From a bacterium (GTDB lineage: Bacteria; Patescibacteriota; Minisyncoccia; Phycocordibacterales; Phycocordibacteraceae), in assembly GCA_021833245.1 (NCBI GenBank), contig JAKBGA010000001.1, forward strand, positions 7,466 through 71,465: a stretch of 64,000 nucleotides of DNA. The letters are read 5' to 3'. Shown here piece after piece: positions 40,806 to 50,191 of the stretch. The notes beneath the pieces are model-generated. The model was given only the letters and a program-made list of their open reading frames with translations. It did no database searches and was not told the origin of the DNA. Numbering within the stretch: position 1 is the stretch's first letter; the number at the start of each line of letters is the position of its first letter. Made by a program: the position numbers and the translations under genes.

Positions 40806-41900
40806 TTGTCTATTAAACTCAACCAACAATTTCTTATAATAGGGCTTGCTATTATTGCAGGAAGTGCGGTCATAGTAAGCGCCACAACATTCCTACCAAA
40901 TCGCGCATTCGCCTTTTGGCCGTTTTCTACAAACAATACAAATACCACGGATAGTACGATTATTCCAAGCGCTTCAACGCCTGCACTCATTGCGCCTGTA
41001 AACGAGAATCCGAATATAGAGACACCGCTTACGCTTGCTACTTCGGATGGTTCAGCGCTTGTTTCCTATACTGGAATAAGCGGAACAATTGCTGACATTT
41101 CAAATGTCACTCCCCCAGATCGAATTTCACTTTATGTTGTGCGTCCAGGTGATACGCTCTCGACGATTGCCAAAATGTTTGATGTTTCGGTTAATACTAT
41201 CGTCTGGGCAAACAACCTTCCGAGTACACGTGACATACAGCCTGGCAATACACTGCTCATCCTGCCGATTTCCGGAATCCAACACACGGTCACAAAAGGA
41301 GAAACACTCAAGTCGATTGCAGAAAAATATAGCGCTAATGCAAATGAGATAGCGCAATTTAATGGACTTGATTCATCCGTAGCTCTCACTGTTGGTTCGA
41401 CGGTAATTATCCCGGGTGGTGAATTCTCTCCATCGGGGATAGGGACATCTATACGTAAAAATGGTAAGTACCGAGTTGGTCCTGAGCCATATCTCGGGGG
41501 TAGTGGCCCCGCACAATCTGGTTATTACAGCAATCCGATGCCTGGCGGTATCATAACTCAAGGCATCCATGGTTGGAATGCCGTTGACATCGGTGCGCCA
41601 CTCGGCACACCAATCCATGCTGCCGCAAATGGTATAGTCATCGTGTCACGCGATAATGGCAGTTGGAATGGCGGTTACGGTAATTATGTCGTTATCACGC
41701 ATGATAATGGAACACAAACGCTGTATGCACACATGAAACGTTCTGCTGTTTCCGTGGGTCAATCCGTCTCATCGGGTCAGATCATTGGTTACGTTGGTAT
41801 GACGGGTCTTACGACCGGGCCACACGTCCACTTTGAGGTTCGTGGTGCAGCGAACCCATTTCGTAATTGCACAGTTGGCACTATTTGCGAACCGCAGTAG
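40806..41900 (+). CDS. LysM x2 + M23 peptidoglycan endopeptidase
   Basis: YVVRPGDTLSTIA, HTVTKGETL, H..AVD, YAHM, GPHVHFEV. Confidence 0.92.
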   Translation: MSIKLNQQFLIIGLAIIAGSAVIVSATTFLPNRAFAFWPFSTNNTNTTDSTIIPSASTPALIAPVNENPNIETPLTLATSDGSALVSYTGISGTIADISNVTPPDRISLYVVRPGDTLSTIAKMFDVSVNTIVWANNLPSTRDIQPGNTLLILPISGIQHTVTKGETLKSIAEKYSANANEIAQFNGLDSSVALTVGSTVIIPGGEFSPSGIGTSIRKNGKYRVGPEPYLGGSGPAQSGYYSNPMPGGIITQGIHGWNAVDIGAPLGTPIHAAANGIVIVSRDNGSWNGGYGNYVVITHDNGTQTLYAHMKRSAVSVGQSVSSGQIIGYVGMTGLTTGPHVHFEVRGAANPFRNCTVGTICEPQ

Positions 41901-42045
41901 CAGTTCCTGCTGTATAACCTGAATTACTTGAGCTCCTTTAGTAGAAGTACGAAGCTTCGTATATTTCACATGCGCCTATCTATCTTCCTTGTTCAATAGT
42001 TCAGACTTTGAAGTTTCCTACTTCAAAGTAAATCCTGAGACAGAA

Positions 42046-42393
42046 TTACAGGTGTTTAACACAAGTCGTGGCGGCGGGGTCAGCTTCAAGTCGTTTCTCT
42101 TCTATTTTGTCGCCACAAATTTCGCATTTCCCATATATTTTCTTTTCTATTCTTGAGAGCGCCGAAAGCACGATATCATAACGCGTCTCTAGATCCATAA
42201 GAATCGCGGCATTCCCTTCATGACTCATAACTACTTCTGCTTGATCAACAAGATCCGCTTCAGTTCCAATTTCCGTCGGAACAGGCTCCCAATCGTCTGG
42301 AACATGAGGATTCCTACGGCCAATACCTCCCATCTCCAATTCGAGTCGAATCTTTTCCGTTTCAAGTTTTTTTCTAAAATATTCAGTCTTCAT
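42046..42393 (-). CDS. DksA/TraR-family zinc-finger protein
   Basis: DLVDQA coiled-coil tip; YGKCEICG..I...RLEADP.ATTCVKH. Confidence 0.88.
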   Translation of the reverse strand: MKTEYFRKKLETEKIRLELEMGGIGRRNPHVPDDWEPVPTEIGTEADLVDQAEVVMSHEGNAAILMDLETRYDIVLSALSRIEKKIYGKCEICGDKIEEKRLEADPAATTCVKHL

Positions 42394-42454
42394 ATTCGAA
42401 TGATAGCAAATGCTATTACAATAGATTTGGGGAGATTTTAAATTCTCCTACTTT

Positions 42455-43813
42455 TTAAGTACGTGAGGTTGCAAGTCGTTGCAGTATCTCAGTAAATGCC
42501 GCTGGATCGCGAGCTATAATGAGTGTTTTCTGATCCCAATAACCGTAAAGAAGAATGCTTTTCCCTGTAGAATCACGGTAGACACGCACATCATGATTAG
42601 CGATGGTTTCATCCGAAAAGACAGTTGAAGAAAGCGTTGGCGAAATCGCTGTTGTCGTTGTTGTGGCAAGAAACATGTTAATTTCTGCGAGGGTTTTTGG
42701 CCCGACCGAGCCATATCCCGTGGTAAAAGGTGAGCCGAAAGAAATTATGCTATGGGCAGACTGAAATGCCTCTACTGCTTTTTCAGTAAGTGGGCCATAA
42801 AAGCCGGTGGGAGGAACGGAAAGTAGGCCGTTATCTGCAAATGCCTGCTGGAGCAGCCTTACCTCTTCACCATGCTCTCCGAGGAAAAGGGTGGTGGTTA
42901 AAATGGGGATTGAGGTCACGGTTGAAGTTGCCGTTGGGTACGGTGGGAAAAGTAATCCGAGGTCACTACGTATGCTAGACTCCCACGAAAGCATTCCAGA
43001 AAATGTGTCGCGATATGATAGGACAGAGAGTATGAAAAATGGACTCTGTTTACCACCCACATTTATGACACCCGCCATGCTGCCAGCGGCCTGTATGTTA
43101 CGCAGCAAAATATCAGGTGCTGGCACGTTGAGTGCGGAAAAAATGCTCTCGGTATTGTCGGTCGAGCTCGCTGTATAGAGAAGTCGCACGGCACCTTGCG
43201 CAAGAGGGCGGTTAACTGACTCTTCAATCGCTTGCATAAGAATCGGGCCTGTGCCCGATATTTGTTCGCGATCGTCAACGAATATCGGAGCCGATGCACT
43301 TGGTATGAGCACTACGGGGGCCGTGATTTTCATATAGTGCATGTATGCGACATATGCACCACCCATACCGGCAATTAAGAGCAGCGTTCCTGCAATAATA
43401 TATAGAAGATTATTGTGCGAAGATTTTTGTGGGGTTGTTTGAGAAGCTACCTGCAGTGAGTCTTGTTCAGCTGCGAGAACGGTCGCCATTGAGGCGTGAG
43501 TTTCTTTCATTCGGTTGGAAAAGTCACTCGCGTATGTCTCAATTGAGGTCGATCGCACTGGCTCTGGTGATTTGATTGGCGGCGGCTCTAGTTTCTGGAC
43601 TGGGGGTGGTGGAGGTGGGGGTGGGGGTGGAAGAGATTTAACCTTTTCTAAGTCTAAGGCTGGCGTTACTTTTGTGGTGTTAATGGTTATTGGACTTTTC
43701 GCGAATGGCGTAAGGTCAGGGACGCCACCCTTTTTAAGAGTGGCCATATCGCTCTCAAGTGTGCGAATATATTTTTTAGGCGCGCCTTTCCCAAAAGGAA
43801 TATTTGTATCCAT
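42455..43813 (-). CDS. Single-TM hypothetical protein with embedded peptidoglycan-binding domain
   Basis: Poly-Pro linker, TM, GEEVRLLQ..TGFYGPLTEKAVEAFQ. Confidence 0.72.
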   Translation of the reverse strand: MDTNIPFGKGAPKKYIRTLESDMATLKKGGVPDLTPFAKSPITINTTKVTPALDLEKVKSLPPPPPPPPPPVQKLEPPPIKSPEPVRSTSIETYASDFSNRMKETHASMATVLAAEQDSLQVASQTTPQKSSHNNLLYIIAGTLLLIAGMGGAYVAYMHYMKITAPVVLIPSASAPIFVDDREQISGTGPILMQAIEESVNRPLAQGAVRLLYTASSTDNTESIFSALNVPAPDILLRNIQAAGSMAGVINVGGKQSPFFILSVLSYRDTFSGMLSWESSIRSDLGLLFPPYPTATSTVTSIPILTTTLFLGEHGEEVRLLQQAFADNGLLSVPPTGFYGPLTEKAVEAFQSAHSIISFGSPFTTGYGSVGPKTLAEINMFLATTTTTAISPTLSSTVFSDETIANHDVRVYRDSTGKSILLYGYWDQKTLIIARDPAAFTEILQRLATSRT

Positions 43814-43900
43814 TGCTTCTTAATAATAACGTACTCGGAACAGCGAATAGTGAGTTATCCCTAGTAAATAACATCGACAGAATCAAACACTCTAATGAAT

Positions 43901-44416
43901 TTAACTTCGTGAAGAGATTATAAATTTATGTGGGTCGTCACACATGTCGGTAAACGCGTGTGTCGCCTCCTTAAGCTTGCTCGAGGAAGACTTCCCGAAG
44001 GAAATTACCTCTACCTGACAACCCTCGTTCATATCAAGATATTGTATGAGCGGAACAAAATCCCCATCACCTGTGACTAGAACAACGGTATCGAGCTTTG
44101 GGGCGAGTTTGACTGCGTCAATCGCTAGGCCAACGTCCCAGTCTGCTTTTTTCGCGCCATCTGCAAATACTTGAAGATCTTTTACTTTCGTTTCTATGCC
44201 AATTTTAGTAAGTGCTTCAAAAAAATTTTTCTCATCTCCACTTTCTGTCTTAATTACATAAGCAATGGCACGCACAAGGATACGTCCACCTACAGCCTCT
44301 TCGAGAATTTTCCCGAAATTGACACGCGCCTTGTAAAGATGTTTTGCACTGTGGTAAAGATTTTGCGTATCAATAAATACTCCTACGCGCTGTGCTGGAT
44401 GTTTAATAACTGTCAT
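43901..44416 (-). CDS. NYN domain (LabA/DUF88) protein
   Basis: FIDTQNL, KADWDV, TGDGDF. Confidence 0.88.
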   Translation of the reverse strand: MTVIKHPAQRVGVFIDTQNLYHSAKHLYKARVNFGKILEEAVGGRILVRAIAYVIKTESGDEKNFFEALTKIGIETKVKDLQVFADGAKKADWDVGLAIDAVKLAPKLDTVVLVTGDGDFVPLIQYLDMNEGCQVEVISFGKSSSSKLKEATHAFTDMCDDPHKFIISSRS

Positions 44417-44491
44417 AAAAGTGCTTATGTAAATAAATAAGATAATAAAAGTAACAAAACGCTACTTTCCCATTCTACCAGAATAAAGGTG

Positions 44492-44758
44492 TTATTTCTT
44501 TAACCCGAGTTTTTTGATAAGCGCATTGTAGCGACGCTTATTGTTCGTTTCAAGATAGTGCAAGTGATTACGACGATCGGCAACCATCTGAAGAAGACCT
44601 CGGCGAGAATGAAAGTCCTTTGGATTCTTCTTAAGATGCTTTGCAAGCTCGTCAATTTGCTTTGAAAGAAGTGCGACTTGCACGTCCGGTGAGCCAGTGT
44701 CAGCATCATGTCGCGCAGTACTTTTTATAACCGCTGCCTTTTTCTTAGCCGTAAGCAT
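44492..44758 (-). CDS. rpsO: 30S ribosomal protein S15
   Basis: DTGSPDVQVALL, KDFHSRRGLL. Confidence 0.97.
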   Translation of the reverse strand: MLTAKKKAAVIKSTARHDADTGSPDVQVALLSKQIDELAKHLKKNPKDFHSRRGLLQMVADRRNHLHYLETNNKRRYNALIKKLGLKK

Positions 44759-44855
44759 GGATAAGAGCTATCTTACCACGCCTTCCCCGTCTACGCAAGT
44801 TTTCTTGTGAATTTATCACGATTTCGCACAATATTAGTGGTACTATATTCTCGGT

Positions 44856-45776
44856 ATGCCTATTGAGATAGTAAAGCGGCAATTCCTTGAGTACCTCGAG
44901 ATCGAACGTGGCCGAGCGGTGAAAACCATTGAAAATTATAATCACTATCTCACTCGCTATTTCATCCAAATGAACATCGTGAACGTGAGGGATATCAACG
45001 AAAAGAGTGTGCGCGAATTTCGCTTGTGGTTGAACCGCCAACCGGGCACTAACACTGCCCTAATGAAACGTCGTACTCAGAATTACTATATGATTGCGCT
45101 ACGTGCATTTTTAAAGTTCTTACACAAACGTGATATACCAGCCATTTCCCCGGAAAAGATTGAGCTTGCAAAACTTTCAGAACGTCAACTCGATCTTATC
45201 ACCCCTGTCGAATTGGAACGCCTCATGCAAGCACCACGTGAGGCATTTAAAAATGAGAAGAATCGGGATAAAGCGCGAACTTACTTGCGAGATGGCGCGA
45301 TTCTTGAACTTCTATTCTCAACTGGACTACGTGTGTCCGAGCTCTGTTCGCTTAACACTGATATAGATTTAACACGTGACGAATTATCTATACGTGGCAA
45401 GGGTGATAAAGTTCGCGTTGTTTTTCTCTCGTCTGCCGCAAAAAGTGCGGTACGTGAATACCTGGGAGCGCGGAATGATATGGAAGAGGCGCTCTTCGTC
45501 GAAGGTAGACCGAATAAACTGCACCGAATTATTCCACGCGATGTGCAACGCCACCTTAAATCCTATGTTGCTCGTGCAGGTATCACGAGTGTCGTAACTC
45601 CACACACACTCCGCCATGCTTTCGCCACAGATTTGCTCAGTAATGGTGCTGACATTCGATCAGTGCAACAGCTTCTCGGCCATGCCTCTATTAACACGAC
45701 TCAGATTTATACACATATAACCGATGCTCACTTGCGCGAGATTCACAAAAAATATCATTCCCATAATCGTGATTAA
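44856..45776 (+). CDS. XerC/XerD-type tyrosine recombinase
   Basis: TGLRVSEL, GKG.K.R, PHTLRHAFAT, LLGH..INTTQIY. Confidence 0.92.
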   Translation: MPIEIVKRQFLEYLEIERGRAVKTIENYNHYLTRYFIQMNIVNVRDINEKSVREFRLWLNRQPGTNTALMKRRTQNYYMIALRAFLKFLHKRDIPAISPEKIELAKLSERQLDLITPVELERLMQAPREAFKNEKNRDKARTYLRDGAILELLFSTGLRVSELCSLNTDIDLTRDELSIRGKGDKVRVVFLSSAAKSAVREYLGARNDMEEALFVEGRPNKLHRIIPRDVQRHLKSYVARAGITSVVTPHTLRHAFATDLLSNGADIRSVQQLLGHASINTTQIYTHITDAHLREIHKKYHSHNRD

Positions 45777-45927
45777 TCTGAAGCGTTTTGTTCACCCCAA
45801 TAATCTTCAGATTTACCAACGTTCTCGATATCATCCCCGCATGAATGGTTAGCTCGGGTATTCCCTCATACTCATATTACGTTAGCTTGTGATAGGGTTG
45901 TTAATTTTGTACGGTACAATGTATTAC

Positions 45928-46692
45928 ATGCATATAGTCTCGTGGAATGTGAATGGACTGCGTTCGCTCACGAAAAATGATTATTGGGGGTCTTTTTTAA
46001 AAGGTGTAAAACCTGATATTTTTTGCCTTCAAGAAACAAAGGCAAGTCCAGAACAAGTGCCTGAAGTAATGCTTTCCCCTGCCGGATTTTCATCATTTTT
46101 CTCATCATCACGAGTTAGGAAAGGTTATAGCGGCGTTGCGATTTATTCAAAAATCGAACCTTTATCCATTATCTACGGCATGGGAATAAAAGAATTCGAT
46201 GAGGAAGGCCGTCTTGTCGGGACCGAATATAAAGATTTCTGGCTCTTGAATGCGTATTTCCCTAATGGCGGCCGTGGTCCTGAACGAATTAATTATAAGT
46301 TACGTTTTTATGATGCGTTCCTTGCGTTCGCGGAAAAATTGCGTAAGCGGAAACCGATCATATTCTGTGGCGACGTAAATACCGCGCATGAAGAATTGGA
46401 TCTCGCACGGCCAATGGAAAACAAAAATAATACTGGCTTTTTATCAGAGGAACGCGCATGGATAGACGAAGTTATAAACGCCGGTTATATCGATTCATTC
46501 CGTCATTTTCATCCCCGTACAAAGGGGGCTTATACTTATTGGGATTTGTTCACTCGTGCACGTGATAGAAATATCGGGTGGCGTCTTGATTATTTTTTTG
46601 TTTCGAATGAGCTCATAAAACGAATTAAGCGAGCGGGAATCTATGCCGACGTTTATGGCTCCGATCACTGCCCTATCTCAATAACATTATAA
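45928..46692 (+). CDS. xth: Exodeoxyribonuclease III
   Basis: SWNVNG, LQETK, GDVN, GWRLDY, SDHCP. Confidence 0.94.
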   Translation: MHIVSWNVNGLRSLTKNDYWGSFLKGVKPDIFCLQETKASPEQVPEVMLSPAGFSSFFSSSRVRKGYSGVAIYSKIEPLSIIYGMGIKEFDEEGRLVGTEYKDFWLLNAYFPNGGRGPERINYKLRFYDAFLAFAEKLRKRKPIIFCGDVNTAHEELDLARPMENKNNTGFLSEERAWIDEVINAGYIDSFRHFHPRTKGAYTYWDLFTRARDRNIGWRLDYFFVSNELIKRIKRAGIYADVYGSDHCPISITL

Positions 46693-46756
46693 AGGACACT
46701 TATCCACAAGCATGTCCTTTACATTTATATTTGCAAGGATATATTTATTAAAGAGC

Positions 46757-46905
46757 GGTAGTTCTTTCTTGGATCATTATCGGCATCAGAAATAGCGCAA
46801 AACCTTGAGGCTCCTGCTTTCGCAAGCGGCGATCCGCTACACAAGCCATAATGGCATGATTCCTTACATGGTTGAAGCGCTGGAAGAATACAAAACAAAA
46901 GCCAC
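46757..46905 (+). pseudogene. Possible gene remnant with internal TAG
   Basis: SFLDHYRHQK*RKTLRLLLSQAAIRY..GMIPYMVEALEEYK reads protein-like across a stop; family not recognised. Confidence 0.3.
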
Positions 46906-46993
46906 ACCAAAACTCGGATTGAGACCCAATCATTTACGCCCCACAACTCCTATTTGTCTCAATCCATCATCGGGTGGCTTTGTTGTTTATGTA

Positions 46994-47925
46994 ATAAACG
47001 TTACACGTGTAACGTTTATAAATGCCTTTTCATTAAAATAATACCTCAACACACGTGATGTTTCTCCATTATGTGCTTTATTTCCTCATCTTCTGCTGCT
47101 TCACGACGCCGTTTCCCAGCCTCTCCGAGCTTCTGCAAAGAATTATCAGACATGTTGAAAATCTCATCAGCTCGTTTATCAAGATATTCCAGTGTGTTGA
47201 GACTTGAATTATCAAGAACTTCTTCAAGAAGTGCATTGAGTATGTGGCCTATTTTTGGCCCTGATTTCACGTGAAACTTTTCCATTATATAGTTGCCATC
47301 GATTTTAAGCATTGTCACGGATATGGGATCACGGAGTGCCTGATCAACCATTGCCTTATATTTTCTGAAACGAAATGGCTGTTCTTTCGGCCTCCCTGTA
47401 CCGATTCGATCACAAATACGTAAGTTGAGCAGATCCCATATGTTATCCTTACCTACATTCTTTATCATACGACGAACGGCCGAAAGAGTAATCTGATCTG
47501 GATCCGAAAAAAACATATGCCAACGAACCAATTTTACAACTTTTTCTATTGTTTCCCGTGAAAAATGTAGATTCTCAAGCGCTTTTTTTGTTACACGTGA
47601 ACCAACAACATCATGGCCATGGAATGTCCAATCCTTTTTTTCATCTGACCAACGACGGGTCTCTGGCTTTGAAACATCGTGGAATAGACCTGCGAGGCGT
47701 ATATCAAAATTATAATTTTTATCTGCTGCATGTTGCACGGTGCGCATGAGATGGCCAAAAACATCGAAACTATGGGCCTGATTTTGTTTAACGCCAATGC
47801 CACGTGTTAGATCTGATGAGATAAATTCTAGGATACCAAGTTGTTGCGCTAGAATAAATGCATGCATTGGTTGATTTGATTTGAGTATTCTAACAAGCTC
47901 ATCACGAATTCTTTCACGTGAAACA
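46994..47925. other. Cluster of parS-like palindromes
   Basis: 46999 CGTTACACGTGTAACG; 47263 GATTTCACGTGAAACT; 47550 TGTTTCCCGTGAAAAA; 47589 TGTTACACGTGAACCA; 47910 TCTTTCACGTGAAACA; consensus TGTTNCACGTGAAACA. Confidence 0.75.
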
Positions 47926-48509
47926 TTGTTTAAATGTTTACTATTTTTACTAATCGCTTCAGCAGTCTCACCATCTATACCGAAATCAAGTTCGGCAACT
48001 AGCCGTACTGCGCGTAACATACGCAATGCGTCTTCATTTAAACGTTCGTAGGCATTACCGACAGACCGTATTATTTTGTCTTTTATATCATTTTTACCGT
48101 TGAAAGGGTCAATGATATGTCCTTTAAAATCATCGAGTGCTATGGCATTAATCGTAAAATCGCGACGTGCAAGATCCTCCAGAAGCGAAACCCCGAACTC
48201 AACCTTATCTGGCCGACGTTTATCTGAATACCCAGATTCAATACGATAAGGGGTTATTTCAATAATATCGAGACATGTATTTTTTGAGTTAGTTTTTACA
48301 CCAACAGTACCAAAATTATTTTCATAAAATGACTCCGGAAATAGCGCCTGGATCTGCTCCGGTGTAGCGTTAGTAGTAATATCCCAATCTTTTGGTTCTC
48401 TTCCGATCATTAGATCGCGAACGCATCCACCAACGAGATACGCTTCGAATTTAGATTCACGTAACCTGCCTGAAACTATTGAGACCTCGACCGGGATGTT
48501 GTACGGCAT
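47046..48509 (-). CDS. cca: CCA tRNA nucleotidyltransferase with HD domain
   Basis: YLVGGCVRD, DWD, RRDFTINA, EDALRMLRA, ERIRDEL, FHD; start trimmed to MPYN. Confidence 0.9.
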   Translation of the reverse strand: MPYNIPVEVSIVSGRLRESKFEAYLVGGCVRDLMIGREPKDWDITTNATPEQIQALFPESFYENNFGTVGVKTNSKNTCLDIIEITPYRIESGYSDKRRPDKVEFGVSLLEDLARRDFTINAIALDDFKGHIIDPFNGKNDIKDKIIRSVGNAYERLNEDALRMLRAVRLVAELDFGIDGETAEAISKNSKHLNNVSRERIRDELVRILKSNQPMHAFILAQQLGILEFISSDLTRGIGVKQNQAHSFDVFGHLMRTVQHAADKNYNFDIRLAGLFHDVSKPETRRWSDEKKDWTFHGHDVVGSRVTKKALENLHFSRETIEKVVKLVRWHMFFSDPDQITLSAVRRMIKNVGKDNIWDLLNLRICDRIGTGRPKEQPFRFRKYKAMVDQALRDPISVTMLKIDGNYIMEKFHVKSGPKIGHILNALLEEVLDNSSLNTLEYLDKRADEIFNMSDNSLQKLGEAGKRRREAAEDEEIKHIMEKHHVC

Positions 48510-48573
48510 GGACGAATCAATCGTAGCACAATGTGGATGGTTTTTTAGCGATTGTGCCGTAATATGCATATAC

Positions 48574-48645
48574 GCCCCGATAGTGAAACGGATATCACGC
48601 GACGCTTCGGACGTCGAATTCTGGGTTCGACTCCTGGTCGGGGCA
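48574..48645 (+). tRNA. tRNA-Arg (anticodon TCG)
   Basis: Cloverleaf; anticodon arm cgacg-CT TCG GA-cgtcg; GGTTCGACTCC; CCA not encoded. Confidence 0.92.
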
Positions 48646-48687
48646 CTAGAAATCTTGATAAGTGCCATGCTATCATGCTGCGGAGAC

Positions 48688-48758
48688 GCGGGTATGGTTC
48701 AATGGTAGAACATCTGGTTGCCAATCAGATGATGGGAGTTCGATTCTCCCTACCCGCA
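48688..48758 (+). tRNA. tRNA-Gly (anticodon GCC)
   Basis: Cloverleaf; tctgg-TT GCC AA-tcaga; AGTTCGATTCT. Confidence 0.92.
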
Positions 48759-48860
48759 CAGCAGTCAGCAGCCTATTTTCAGACCGCGAGGTCTCTATTT
48801 CAGTTCGCAACCGCGAGGGTCACTTGCACACAAAAGCGCGATATTCGTCGCGCTTTTGTG

Positions 48861-48998
48861 TTAATCGGCGAGCGTGATGATGCGATCGCATGGATGTTCT
48901 AGCAGTTCACGCTTCTATTCATGACCTCCGTTCTTCAAGAGATACTTTGCGTATTTTCAGACGTCTATTTCTTTTGCCTTCAACTGAGGATGGTTCTC
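48861..48998 (-). pseudogene. Remnant resembling the C-terminus of a large serine recombinase
   Basis: KAKEIDV*KYAKYLLKNGGHE*KRELLEH with two in-frame stops; similarity recalled from CPR tRNA-adjacent recombinases, not searched. Confidence 0.45.
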
Positions 48999-49418
48999 TA
49001 GTACTCAGTATTTTGGCCCTCTCTTAAGAGTCGTGATGCCAGAGCAACAGTGTCTATGGAGAAATAGTTTCATGAAATTGATATTTCAAATCCACGAGTT
49101 GGTCAGAAAAATGTGAGCAGGGTCATGCTGACACATTTTGAACTGACACATCCCGTGTGATTGGGTGTGGAATGAGATACATGTTTCGGAAATATGGAGG
49201 AAAATTTATACATATTTTATAAACTGGGTTACACCTTGTACTATTCTGAACAAGAACCCGTTGGACATGTGGCCATGTGTTTCGTGGTGTCCTTGTTTCG
49301 TATGCAGCTTCCAAAGTGATACAAAATGTAGACTATAAATTAAGTCTGTGATAAATTCACATCAGATGTAATCTGTGTGTGAATTTTCAAACAAATAAAG
49401 TGAGGAGCAAAGATAACG

Positions 49419-49601
49419 ATGGAAATGGATGAGAACAATGGACGCGACGAAGCGTCTTACCACGTGAGTAAGATAATAGACGACCGCTCCTATGTGAGCG
49501 GTGCACCAATCGATCCTATGTTTAGGGTAGAGTGGGAAAGTAAAAAATCCACCCTTCTGGAAAGGATTGATCAGATCATTGCATCAAGGTCTGATAGATA
49601 A
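49419..49601 (+). CDS. Small orphan protein
   Basis: SD GAGGAG, upstream hairpin, downstream terminator 49622-49657. Confidence 0.45.
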   Translation: MEMDENNGRDEASYHVSKIIDDRSYVSGAPIDPMFRVEWESKKSTLLERIDQIIASRSDR

Positions 49602-49656
49602 GTCCAGTAAGGAATATTACGACGAGCGTATCCGGTTAGTGGAGTACGCTCGTTTT

Positions 49657-50121
49657 TTATAGATGATTATCATTTCTCGAGTTATTGTACTTTTTATTTT
49701 TTAATATGATTCCGATTCCCACATTGTGTTCTATATAATCAATTGCGGTCTTGAGAAGACTCACACTGTTATTAAACTTTCCAAGACCAACTTTGCAGTT
49801 TAAACAAAGCAATCCCCGTACTACCATTGTTTCGGGGGAATAATCTAGCGCGGGTCTTTTCATCGGGGAACTACATATTCCACATAATCCATGCTGTTGT
49901 TCAAACAATTCCGCATACAGCTGTCTGTATAGGCTCGCTGTTCCAAACAATAAGGCTAATTTCTTATCGTCAAGACATTGCCGACAACATGTTTTTCCAT
50001 CAACTGGAGGATTCTTCTCGCAATTCGGACAGATACCCATCGCCTTAAGCGCAGCCCTGCGTTTCCTTTGATAATTTAAAAACCGTTGTCTATCATATTC
50101 TGACCTCCAAGATTTAGACAT
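49657..50121 (-). CDS. Endonuclease VII-domain protein with N-terminal Zn ribbon, probably inactive
   Basis: LFEQQHGLCGIC..VRGLLCLNC..LGKF..LLKTAIDYI; N-terminal CPNC/CRQC. Confidence 0.78.
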   Translation of the reverse strand: MSKSWRSEYDRQRFLNYQRKRRAALKAMGICPNCEKNPPVDGKTCCRQCLDDKKLALLFGTASLYRQLYAELFEQQHGLCGICSSPMKRPALDYSPETMVVRGLLCLNCKVGLGKFNNSVSLLKTAIDYIEHNVGIGIILKNKKYNNSRNDNHL

Positions 50122-50127
50122 AAATTA

Positions 50128-50191
50128 CTATCCACAATAATATACTGTGGATAATTGATAAAGTGGAAAAAGGTGTTAGTACTGGGGATAA
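50128..50191. promoter_or_regulatory. DnaA-box cluster in AT-rich region
   Basis: CTATCCACA 50128, TGTGGATAA 50146 (perfect), AGTGGAAAA 50162, TGGGGATAA 50183. Confidence 0.6.

Noticed and set aside
43600-43632. G-rich run that looks like a G-quadruplex
   Set aside because: Explained by poly-proline codons on the minus strand
44856-45776. Tyrosine recombinase as a prophage or integron integrase
   Set aside because: Xer-like size and motifs, housekeeping neighbours, no att/attC sites or phage genes seen
48510-48668. Extended N-terminus of cca in the ORF track
   Set aside because: Overlaps tRNA-Arg; a better start with an extended -10 lies at 48509
49347-49361. CRP-like site TGTGA..TCACA
   Set aside because: Spacer is 5 nt rather than 6, and it overlaps a longer hairpin
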